Under the pieces are notes generated by a model, which worked only from the letters and a program-made list of their open reading frames with translations, was not told the DNA's origin and made no database searches. From contig NW_026515682.1 in NCBI RefSeq assembly GCF_025526975.1, positions 496,001 through 560,000 of the forward strand: DNA of 64,000 nucleotides. The letters are read 5' to 3'. The stretch comes from Fimicolochytrium jonesii. Taxonomy: Eukaryota. This document shows, piece by piece, positions 13,052 to 24,096 of the stretch. Numbering within the stretch: position 1 is the stretch's first letter; the number at the start of each line of letters is the position of its first letter. Both the position numbers and the translations under genes were made by a program.

Positions 13052-13743
13052 ACGTCCCCCTGGCATATCCCGAGTGCTTGACGCCACGACAAAGCCCGGC
13101 GGCGTGCATTGTGCCCCTTGAAGCCTTCCATCGAACCAGAGTGGGCCGGGATCCACAGGACTCGACGATGAGCCGCAGCCGCAGGTCATGTTCGCGACGA
13201 CCCGCGCTATTGTACGAGATTGTGGCCACAAGGGCGCCGTGCTCGTCGCGGATGTAGATGTCCGCCCCCCCCCCCCCCCCCCCCCCCCCCGGGGTTCAAT
13301 TCGCTCAAGCCCATCCAGGCCCCTCGCCTTCTCCGGCCTCTTCCTAAACCCCGCATAGACCATCTTGCCCTGCCAGCCATCGCACGAGGCGGGCGTTGGC
13401 ACCACGATGTGAACAGCCGGGCGGCTACCGAGGGCCGGGGGTCGACGGACAAGTTGGCCGCGGTAAGACCGCCATCGGTGATCGCAGCGATGATGTCGGA
13501 CTGGAGCCCAATGTGGTGCTTGGCGCGCTTCTTGTGGGGAAGGGACCGCATTGGCCTATTGGTCCACCAGCCCCAAAGGGTGGAATTGTCTTGCTTGATC
13601 TTCTTTGAAAAAAGGCCAATGGCCTTGCCCTTGTCTTCTAGGCTAGCGTCCCGGGCGGCAAGGCCGGAGCCTACCAGCAGCGGATACAAAAAGGCCACCG
13701 TGTCGCCGAAGATAGCTGTGGCGCGGCCCTCGCCCATGCCCAT
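13052..13743 (-). pseudogene. Tet/JBP-like dioxygenase, N-terminal half
   Basis: GKMVYAGFRK (13339-13370) resembles the G-x-M-x-x-G-W-R-K motif of fungal Tet-like oxygenases. The frame ...HSGYARGT joins WHYSIKGGADILAKFLV... across the retroelement. Frameshifts at about 13400 and in the C-run at 13265-13290. Confidence 0.55.
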
Positions 13744-13860
13744 CAGAAGAGCCTTGACCGTGGTGGGGGGCGACGGGGGCGTGGCCTGCAGCGCGGTGGA
13801 GGGGAAGGGGAGGGGGAAGGTGTTAGCGGCTCAGGCCGCGCGATCGCAATCACCGACGCG

Positions 13861-14096
13861 GCACAGCAGCATGCCCAGGCAGCGCATCCCATACCGGTCG
13901 ACCCCCCACAAGCGGCGGTCGTGCTCAAGATCAGCGCACAGCAGCATGCCCAGACAGCGCACCCCATGACGGTTGACCTCCCGCAAGCGGCGGTCGTGCT
14001 CAACATGGGCTGCGGGATCGGCGCATGGCAAACACGTCCAGACAGCGCACCCCATGCCGGTCAACCTCCCGCAAGCGGCGGTTGTGCTCAGCATGG
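13861..14096 (+). repeat. ~75-bp tandem repeat x3 (25-aa coding-like unit AQQHAQTAHPMxVDLPQAAVVL)
   Basis: GCACAGCAGCATGCCCAG...CAAGCGGCGGTCGTGCTCAA units at 13861, 13936 and about 14022. Confidence 0.85.
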
Positions 14097-14199
14097 ACTG
14101 CAAGCCCAGGCGGTCAACACCCGGCAGAGACGCCCACGGCTACACAGCAGCCACTCACCTCGTCAGCGCTGAGCATTCTCGGAGCGTGCTCTGTGTGAG

Positions 14200-15728
14200 T
14201 TGCCGGGCTTGAGCTGGAAGGAAGTAGGCGCCGGCCGGGGGGTACAAAGCCACAGGCGGCCCCGAGGCCTCAAAGCTGCTCGACGAAACCATGCACCTAT
14301 TCAGAAAGCTCGCGCTCAAAGGCCAATGGCGGGAAAGGGGGCAAGAAGGCGATCAGGCAAAACGTGGCAACTTTGGGGAAGGCAGCGGACCGCATATGAG
14401 AAGGCTACAGGGGCGTCGCAGACGACACTTACGCGCATGCAGGAAGCGGCAAAGCAGGTATGAGTGGGGTGAGTGGACGTTGCCGCAGTGCTGCGCTAAC
14501 GCGGGGTATCTGCGCAGGGGAGACGAGAGGCAAAACGACGGGCACCCAAACCCAAGCTGGCCGCACCGAAACTGGCCAAACGGGAGGAGTACTTGCTCGA
14601 CAACACCGAGGCGCGCGAGCACTGGCAGGTGGCGCCGCTGACGAGCATCGGATACTATGCAAAGGGTGTCCCAAAGTCATGGGCGGAGGTGGAGAGGGGG
14701 AAGGGCCTGCCGAAGCCTGCCTCAGTGGTGCCCTATGCGCGCGCCACCGGCCACGGCGAGATGCCCGGCTTCTGGACCAGCCGCCACAGGCTGTGATGGA
14801 CGAGTGCGCACGCCTGGCCCGGTATGGCGATGTCGGCCCCTTCACTCTGCCGCCGACCGTGCTTGGCCTCTACCCAAACCTGAAGGAGGCGGGGAGCGGG
14901 TGGATGGGCGCGCCTGACATGGCCAGCCGAGTGGGGAACATGGGCGGCAGGCCGAAGAGCGCAAGCAATTGGCTGTCGCTGACCACGATATACACGTACG
15001 TCGACACCCTGGCGAAGTCGGCGGCCGTGACCCGGAGGGAGACAGGGCAACCCCTACGACGCATGTGGACGGCGAGGCGCTGCTGATTGGGGAGGGGTGT
15101 TTGGCTCCCGCATACATTCACCCGGTAAGTGCCGTACATTCTCGGGGCACTGCCGCACATCCCGCGCTAACGAGCCCCCTCCACAGTAGCAGCAGAACAC
15201 GACGTCGCGCACTTCATCCTCCACAGAAACCGCAACTATTTCGCCTCGTACTGGTATGGCCGGACGGATGGCCGGCATTACTTTTACGACTCCATGTTTG
15301 GCAAGCGATCGGGGAAAATGAACGCGGCCGTATGGACCGAGGACATTCGCTGGCGCATCGTGGGCAGGGTGCGGTACATGATCCACTGTGGGTTTATGCC
15401 GGCAGGTGGGCCCACGTCCCCCCCCATCTATGTGTCGCACCCCCGCCAGCAGGACATGGACTCGTGCGGGGTTCTGTTGTGCTGCATGGCCAGCTGGATT
15501 ATTCACGGCACGGTGGGGGAGCGCAATGCAAAGGAGGCGCTTGTGCTCCCGGCCACGTATTCCACCAGTCAGGTCAACGTTGCGCGCTGGACGATCATGT
15601 GGACCATTCTGCACGGGAAAGCCTTGAACATCACGGCCGTGGGCAAGGATCGAGCGGTAAGACCGCGCGCCCCTGTTGTTGATGGATGGCAAATGCTAAC
15701 CCCCCCCCCCCCCCCCCGCCCCTGCTGA
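14200..15728 (+). pseudogene. Ulp1/C48 family SUMO-peptidase-like gene, multi-exon and degenerate
   Basis: NWLSLTTIYTYVDTL, HYFYDSM (Asp at 15288) and PRQQDMDSCGVL (Gln, Cys at 15465). The expected catalytic His position reads NYF (TAT at 15237, possibly CAT>TAT). GT-AG introns at 14458-14517 and about 15125-15186. Frameshifts present; start uncertain. Confidence 0.7.
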
Positions 15729-16173
15729 CAGGGCACGGAAGGCTGGGCAGCCCCTATGGGCGACGTGACCAGCTGGGTGGCCGGTGACGGAAACCACCGG
15801 CGGCCACAAGTGCAGCGACCTGCGCGGCAGAGGTGAAAACCGCAGAAGCCGTGGCAGGGAGCGCTGGCGGCAGGGAGCCGTCGGTCAAAGTGGTCGGCGG
15901 TGATGGTTGAGAGCTCGCCGTCCATCAAGGAAAGAAGAGGGAGAGGGATCCGTCGGCGGAGGCGGTGAGCGCGAAGAGGGTGTAGACGGGAAAGGGCGGC
16001 TGGGCAATAGCGTGACATATCCCACGCTATCGCGGCCACCATATTTAATACGGCACCGCTGAGTCACCCACGGATGCGCCACATTGATTTGTATGAAACG
16101 ATTAATGAAGCTATTCTGAAACGATAGCTTGCCGCCGCAAGATTTTTACTATGTAACAGATTTGCGAGGCGGT

Positions 16174-16306
16174 AAACGCTGTATTCTAAATTGAATCGAG
16201 ACCCTAACCCTAACCCTAACCCTAACCCTAACCCTACTTTGTAAACGTTGTATTCTCACTTGAATCAGGACTCTAACCATAACCCTAACCCTAAATTGAA
16301 TCAAGA
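16174..16306 (+). repeat. Interstitial telomeric (CCCTAA)n repeats within a duplicated ~69-bp unit
   Basis: (CCCTAA)5CCCTA at 16202-16236 and a degenerate tract at 16271-16294, each preceded by AAACGYTGTATTCT..TTGAATC. Confidence 0.9.
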
Positions 16307-16552
16307 AACTCAGAGGGTCCGAGAGAGCGTCCGAGAGAGCGTTCCATCACGTGGGTTTCATCACGTGAGCGTTGCGCAGGCTTTAATAAGTCTGATCAGC
16401 GCGTTCCCACGTTAATTTCGATTTACGACATCTCCGAAACGGTGTGGATTGGATCCCTCGATTTTGAAGAGGGTGCTGGTGCATGTCAAGCGAGCGGGTA
16501 GTGCACCTCGCCCGAAAACGCCAGCGAACTTCCAGCGATTAGCCAACGACAA

Positions 16553-17543
16553 ATGAGCTTCTCTAACCCTGCCCCAACCGGCCTCCTGCTCGCCTCCGAC
16601 ATTCCGAAAATTACCCACACAACGCCAACCGTCCACTTCACGTCCCTACAAAACGGCCGCTGGCTGACACTGGAGGAGGCGTCCTTTATCGATCCGTCGG
16701 GGGCAGAGCGTAAATGGGAGCTGTGTGAACGCGTACCGCAGGAGGCGAGGAAGAGAAGGGAGGATGATGTTGACGGTATGTGGAATTGAGACTGGGCGGG
16801 CAACAGGGTGATATGGCGTCGAGGCAAGACCTCACTCTGTGTGGCACTTCAGCGGTGGATATCGTAGCTGTCATTCGAGCCAGTTCCAAAGCGAAGTTTC
16901 CGTCGGAAGATGCGATTTTGCTGGTGCTGCAGTTCCGCCCGCCGACAAAATCATGGACGCTGGAGTTCCCGTCTGGTAAAGTTCGCCAGAATCCGGCTAC
17001 TTGAGTACCGCACGGCATCCATCAACACTCTGGATGTGTCTCCTGCATCAGGTCTAGTCGACGCAAAGGAATCCGTCGAAACAGCAGCTCTCCGCGAACT
17101 CTCAGAAGAGACAGGATTTGTGGGCACGATATCAAGCGTAGGCCCACCGATCACGTACGAGCCCGGAATTACGAGCAGCTGTTCGAGGATGGTTCATGTC
17201 ACGGTAGTTGCATACCTGCCTCTCCTGGGAACCTCTTATCTGGCTCAGTTCGTGACCGAAGCCCTAATTTCCAACTCAGATCAATGCGGAGGAGAACCAG
17301 GATCCGAAACCGAAACAGGAAGATGATGAGTGGAGTTTGCATCCCTGTGTATTTCCGTTGAAAAACCTCCTTGGGGTGTTGCATGGTATGGCAGGGCTAT
17401 GCTTGGAGTCAGCGGAGTGAAGGGAACATCGACCAACGCCACACCGTCCTTCTTCCGCAGAAGTGCAGGAGCGATGCAAGCACTTGAAGGTCGATTCGCG
17501 GCTGTACTCATTCGCCTCGGGATTGAGTCTTGCGACGTCGTAG
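16553..17543 (+). CDS. Nudix hydrolase, ADP-ribose pyrophosphatase (NUDT5/YSA1-like), 5 exons
   Basis: LVLQFRPP...LEFPSG|LVDAKESVETAALRELSEETG Nudix box; KVDSRLYSFA C-terminus; GT-AG introns. Confidence 0.88.
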
Positions 17544-18172
17544 GGCGGTGTTGATGAGGACAATCGAAAGCCGTACTGTAGGTCAATGTGGCTGATGAAA
17601 TGACGTTACCCACTGGCGAGTCTTTCCGCCTTATTCGACAAGTGTGATCCAGGTTTGGTTTGCTCAAGAAGTCTGACACCTTTAGTTTCAGGCAGTGTCG
17701 GGTACAAAGTAGATAACGCTAAATTAACTTAGGCGGAGATGACCTTCAGTAGCAGCCTGCAACAACCGAGCAAATAGGAGACTAGGCGAATTGGCGGCGA
17801 GGCGATGCCAACATGGTGCAACAGTAATCAAACATCACCACATCTGTATTGGAGGGCACTGCGATTACTACTCGAGCCTACATAGATAGAATTTGAATCA
17901 TGAATGTGGAAGTGCAGCAACAAATTGGTTCTGAGTTACATGGAGATGAGTGAAGGTGTGACTTGTGGGTGTTATGGCTGCAAAACTGTTCTACCTACAC
18001 ATTGCACAACACGTTTGGGACATGGGAAGGCGCTCCATGCGGGCATTCCGAAAAAGCTGAGCTGCTCATGTGCCCATTGTGGTTCCATATGTTCTCCCAT
18101 ACCCTGCTCTTCCATCCCGTTCTGCTCTAACCGACGCCAACCAAAGTTGACAAGTCCCAACCCGATGGTCAC

Positions 18173-19076
18173 TCATTGCTTGGCCTCAGCAGCATCAGCA
18201 GCAGCAGGCGCCTCGGTAACGACGCCCTTCTCGCGCAACAGACTGTCGAGCTCGCCGCTTTGGTGCATGTTGATGAGGATGTCGCAGCCACCAACGAACT
18301 CGCCTTTTACGAACACTTGTGGGATGGTTGGCCATGAGCTTGGGGGATTAAAGAGAGAGATTGAGTTGGTCGTACGCGGGTATCCGAGCCATTGAACAGA
18401 TCATCGAGTTCCATCCCGCGCGATGCCTATTCCCCCATCCTCCAACGAAAGGGCCTGCTGCAACGCTCACTCAAGTGAGCCACATCCAAAATCGTCCTGA
18501 TCTCCACTTCACTTCCTCCTTCCCGAAAACCCAACCCATTCCTCCCTTCCTTCCCAACATCCAATACCCATCATTACTCCATCACGCAAGCAAGGAAAAC
18601 TCACGTGTATTCCTTGATCCCAGACCGAACCTCCTCGTCAGCAAGCACGTTAACAGTCTTGAAGTCCTTGACGCCCTGGAGCTGCAAAATCTGCACAACG
18701 GCCCGGCTGAATCCGCACTGTGGAGCGTCCTTGTTGCCCTTCATGAACACCAGCACTTCGTGATCTTTGACTGCCTACGGAAGTGGAAAGTGTGAGACAA
18801 GGCTGGGAACTCAAACGCACGCAGCACGAGGTTCGTTATGCTACTCTGCATTCACAAGACCGCTAACTGAGGAAGCGCAAACTTCGGGCAGCGAACAAAG
18901 ACGATATCGGAACATACCTGGTCGATCTTCCCCTTGAGCGAGTCCGACAGGTTGCGACTCCAGACCGTTTGGAAAGCGGGCGCGACGGTTCTGGAGGCAG
19001 CGACCGTCGCCATGAGAGGCCTACGGGCGAGCAGGGACGACGAGGACCGGAGCAGGCGGGCTGTTATTGCCGACAT
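18173..19076 (-). CDS. GRX5: Mitochondrial monothiol glutaredoxin, 3 exons
   Basis: Arg/Ser-rich presequence; VFMKG...[26 protein letters not shown]. Confidence 0.95.
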
Positions 19077-19308
19077 GTTGTTTGGACTTTGCGTGGTGCA
19101 ATTCAGGACGAAAGTACCGGTAGAGTGGAGAATTACTCAGCTGCGTTCCGAGGTCGTTCTCACGAGTTCTCACGCGATGCTCGCCGTGTCGGAATTGGGA
19201 TTTTCAACGGGGAGATTGAGGCAACATCTTGGAGACATCAGCGACAGGCACATCGCTCAACAGTCCATAACACTTTATTACCGGGGGTTACCGGAGGGAG
19301 CAACTGCC

Positions 19309-22300
19309 ATGTCGAGCGACCCGCCGCCACGGAAGCGGCCGAGGACCAACACGGTGGACATGGACTGGGCAGCCACAGTCCCACCACCGACCATAGTGAA
19401 ACCGACGGAGGGACTCGAAGGAGAGGCCTTGAAGGAGGCGCCCAGCGTGCTAGTGCTTGCAACCGCGGCGGACGCGGATGGTGGAGACAACTTTCTGGAG
19501 ACTATCCCGGTGGACTTCGCAAATGTAAGAGTCGGGGCTCGAAGAATTATTGTTCCCACTACCTGCTGAGCCTCGTTGGATATCAGGCGTACAAACGTGG
19601 GTCGGAACTCATTTCACAAATCATCAACGAAGGAGCAGTTCCAACCGCACGTAAGTTACAGATTCTATTTCTATGTTCCAGCCGAAGTCGTCGCTAACTG
19701 GTCTCTGCAGCGAAGGGCGTAGATCTGGTCGGAGCAGCACGAGCCTTGCAGCTCCAACTGTCTGCCCTCTATTCAGGTGCGATTCTCGAAAGTGTGAATC
19801 AAGAGAGCACACAGCGATTCTCATGGAGGAACAGATCTGGTAGAGGAGCAGCACGACCGTATCATCACGCAACGCATCAAGGACTTTGAACACAATCGAA
19901 GCGTATGTAGCGTGGAACGCTTTGCTGTTGAAAAAGGGACGGATTTCACGAACGATACTCGCTTCTTTCTAGTCCCATCCGCCGAATGTTGAACGGGAGT
20001 GGCATTGGACACAGTTTTCGAATCTCGTGGAGAGTCTTGTGCAGCTGACACGACAGTTCATCGATGGACTGCGTCATCTAGGATCCCAGTGCGTACTGCG
20101 CGTTCTTGGCCGATTGCGTGATGGTTTAGTAACTCTACATGCAGCTGTTCGCACGCTGAGAGCCAGCTGAGAGATATCTTGGAAGGGAATCTGCGACTCG
20201 CCTTGACAGAATCGTGGTTCACAGAACTCGACTGGGCGTTCGAACATAGTTTCCAACTCTACCTGGAGAGTTTGGATTCCGACGAGGATGGTACGCGATG
20301 ATGAAAGAGTGTTAGGGATATCACATCACATAACAGCGTGCCTTGCTGACGCCATATCTGATGTAGAGATGCTGCCACAAATCGCTGCAAACAACCGCCA
20401 AGTCACGACACTCTTAGCTAACCTCAAAGAGCTCGGATTCCAAGCCGAAATCAATTCCGCCATCCTGGCGACTACCCGGAAATGCATAAAGCGCCGGGTG
20501 GATGAATGTTCTCGCCAATACGACGAACCGCAACTGGACGCTGCTGTCCAATGGGTCGATGACCACGTCACGAACGGCTGGCTACGGTCAATTTCCGAGA
20601 ACGCTGACATAACGAGCATCGGCGGTCGAGCTGACTGGGCTAGCGTATTTGAGCAAGCTACCCATCAGTATTTCTGCCAGTTGCGCATATCCGAGATCTT
20701 CGAGATAATCTGCGAAGCGATTGATGAGTTCCCCGAAGATGCCTTGAAGGATCTCCGCCGCTGCTTGACGACTACCGTCGAGAACGAACAGCTTGAACGA
20801 ACGTTGCATGAGGCGATCGAAGATCGGGCGCTGCATCCGGGAGTCTGCACTGATAACATCATCAACGTGCTGATTGCGACGGAAATGTGCTTAAAAGTGC
20901 TCGATCCGACGTCGTCGTTGCTGTTGAAGACGATCAGTCCGATGATGAAGTATCTTCGGCAGCGCACGGATACGGTCAAGCTTCTGTTGGCGAGAATGCT
21001 TGATGAGGAGGGGAGTCTGGCGGAGGCTATCAGGCATGGAGATAAGAATATTGCTGATGATGAGATGGACGATGATTATGAGGCTTGGGTGCCGGAGCCG
21101 GTTGACGCTGGTACCGTGCCCTTGTCGGAAGCATGCTATATGCACTTCGTTTGTAAAGCTCAAGCATTGCTCTTTTGCTTCTAGTTGGCAGTCGTCAGGA
21201 ACGTAACGCCGATATCATCACCCGAATCATCAAAAGCTTTGACGACCAAGACGCGTTTGTGGAGGAGTACCATAACCTCCTCTACGATCACCTGATTCAC
21301 AACGGCAGCTTCAACACTGACAAAGAGGTCAGTGAATCCTTCTCCGGCGCTCAGTCACTCAGTGGCACATAATTGATTCGGTTTACGTTCACTAGACATT
21401 GGAGATCGAGTTGTTGAAGACCCGATTCGGCGAGGACAGCTTCCACGATTGTGAAGTTATGCTGATGGATATGGCCAACTCGCGGAGATTGCACAATCAT
21501 TTTATCGAGAAAGTCGTGAGGTTTCCTGAGATTGTGAGTTTACAAACAGCCGCACATCACGGTTTGGCATCGTTATGAAACGGATATTCATTGGTTTCTG
21601 CAGGACACATTCCAAGCTATTGTCGGATCGCACCTATTTTGGCCGGAGATAGAAGAGACTGCTTTCAAGATTCCTTGGACTGAAATCGCTCGGTAAGCAG
21701 TTACTGCGGTTTGTTTTTCGACAATGCATGCATAGGGAGTGTTTAGCAAAATCCTCTGCACACCCCTTATTCCAGGTCACAATCAGTCTACGAATCAGTC
21801 TACAGCCAACAAAAGCAAAACCGCCACCTCGACTGGAAACACAACGCCGGCCAAGTCCAGCTCGAGCTCGAGATGGCCGACGGCCGCATCCGATCCGTCT
21901 CCGTCACCGAGCTGCAAGCCGCTGTCGTCCACTTCTTCTCCGACCTACCGGAATCGGGGTCCGCTGGCGTGGCGGAGGTTTTGGAGGCACTGAGGACGCC
22001 GGAGAGTAAGCCGACGCTGGGACGACAGGTTTTGGAGTGTGTGCAGTTTTGGTGTCAGCAGGGGGTTTTGGCGCCTGTGGATGAGACGCAGACGCGGTGG
22101 AAGGTGGTTGAGGATCCGGATGAGTATGATGATGATGGTAATGTGTCTGTTCCCACTGCCCTTACTGTTCTTTCGTTTGGGCATCACGTTGGTATTCATG
22201 TCTTATCATGTGACGTCTCACCAATCCTCCCTCACACTCCACAGACGGCACCCTACAAGCACCCACCACACACCCCACAGAAGCCCTCGAAGCCCACCAA

Positions 22301-22516
22301 GCCCAGCACGCCGCTCTACGCGCCAAAACACAACCAGCCATCACCGCCCTGCTAACTAACCAAGGCGCCGCGCCCATAGAAAAGGTGCACACTCTACTGC
22401 AGATGTTTATCGGGATCAGCGAGTCGGTGGCGGATGTGGGTAGGGTGTTGGATGAGCTTGTTGCGGAGGGTGTGCTGGCATTGGGGGCGGGGGGGAAGTA
22501 TGGGATGCGGACGTGA
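19309..22516 (+). CDS. APC2: Anaphase-promoting complex subunit 2 (cullin-like), multi-exon
   Basis: RALHPGVCTDNII...KVLDPT...YLRQRTDTVK; WVPEPVDAG; LLKTRFGEDSFHDCEVMLMDMANSRR. Gene ends are approximate. Confidence 0.88.
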
Positions 22517-22790
22517 TGTGGTGTGGAGGTTTTTCGGGGCGTTAGCCTGGCGTATGCGGCAGTGGATGAGACCCCGGCGCATCTACTAAAGAACGAGTCT
22601 ACATATAGCGCACATCTGTTAGAAGGATGTAGGGTTATTTGTGTGGTTTGATACCATTGGTTTGTACATCCTCATTGTTTACTCTGATCCATGTCCGCGA
22701 CGTCCGTGTCCCCCCACGTGACCGCATATTCCCTATTCCTTCTTACCTTCCCGCTGCCCTCTGATTCCTTCTTACCTTCCTACCACATCT

Positions 22791-23395
22791 GCGCCTGGAA
22801 TAGGGGCAGTCTCGCGGTACGCTCTCTCGCCTTCCGCAATCGCTTGGGGCAGCTTACCTCATAAACAAACACATCTCCTAACAGTGTTTTCACAATGGTG
22901 GACAGTACTTTTTCCTTAGGGTCCGCGCACTAGAGGCGCGAACCGGACTTTTTCTTCAGGGTCCTTTCGAACGGGTATAAAAGCAAACCAGTACTGACAT
23001 TCCCTCGCAGGCATGCGCCATCGCCCGAGACAGCTCGGAATAGGAGCAGCCTCGCGATACGCTACCTTCTTGACTCGCGATCGCCCGAGACAGCTCGGAA
23101 TAGGAGCAGCCTCGCGATTCGTTTGCCATTCTACGTCTGCCATTCTACGTCTGCCATTCTACGTCACAAACCCACTCCCATGCTCCCGCGATGACCTATG
23201 TACTCCGCCCCAACTAAGTCACATACTCCATTCACCAGGCAAATCACCATGACAGCATCAACGTCAAAGCCCCGTTCCGCAATCGCTTGGGGCAGCCCGG
23301 AATAGGGGCAGTCTCGCGATTCGCTTCACTCTTTACGACTTCCGCAATCGCTTGGGGCAGCCCGGAATAGGGGCAGTCTCGCGATTTGCTCTCTC
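22791..23395 (+). repeat. Dispersed/tandem ~48-bp hairpin-like repeats (period 60-65) in the Fanzor leader
   Basis: CGCAATCGCTTGGGGCAGCCCGGAATAGGGGCAGTCTCGCGATT and variants at about 22794, 23017, 23077, 23276 and 23341. Also (TGCCATTCTACGTC)x3 at 23124-23166. Confidence 0.85.
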
Positions 23396-23780
23396 GACTT
23401 CCTCAAGGCATCAGCATCCAATATGTTGCTCTAGCAATACGTTGGTCTAGCGGCACTACGCTCACCGGTGATGAAGCCACAACCATGATGGAACTGCTTT
23501 CTGACGAAGACTTCCATTACTTCACGCCGCCCACCTCCATCTCTGCTGAGATCCGATGATTATGGGTGAAAAAATGCGTGCAATTCATCAATCTCCCGAG
23601 AAGCGCATATTGATTCCCACATTTACGTAGCTTAGCTTTTTGCAAATCACTGTGGTTGGACTGCGTTTGGACCAACGTTGACATACTGTACTTTGCTGCT
23701 ATAGCCGTCACTCGCCTCCGGCGGCTCCCAATGTGTGAAGGGGAATAAAGTAACGAGTTCCACAATCAACCCCAGAGCTG

Positions 23781-23823
23781 CCCCACATCCTTTACACGCG
23801 TGTAAAAAACGTGGGGATCCCCA
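23781..23823. promoter_or_regulatory. Palindromic site upstream of the Fanzor gene
   Basis: CCCCAC-ATCC-TTTACACGCGTGTAAA-AAAC-GTGGGG, overlapping TGGGGATCCCCA. Identical in copy C at 61782-61824. Function unknown. Confidence 0.5.
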
Positions 23824-24096
23824 CTCTACTCTTCCTCACTCTTCGCGCTCCTCACGCTCTTGATTGCACCTCGTCATGGCCCCCAATTACATACCAACCC
23901 TCCTTCCCACCCCCCTTCCTTCCCAACGCAATTGTGAGCAGTAAGCATTCCCGGTTTCACCTTCAACCACCACCAGGTAACAACCGCAATTCCTCACCGT
24001 TCTCAGCCTCATTACCACAGCACTGACGCGAGTTCTTTGACACACAGCCATCACGGCAATCACCTGCAACACCTGTCTCGGCACAGCACAGCCATC

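Noticed and set aside
22791..23395. CRISPR-like array beside a RuvC nuclease
   Set aside because: The linkers are short, pyrimidine-rich and related to one another, and the repeats diverge. Kept only as a repeat finding.
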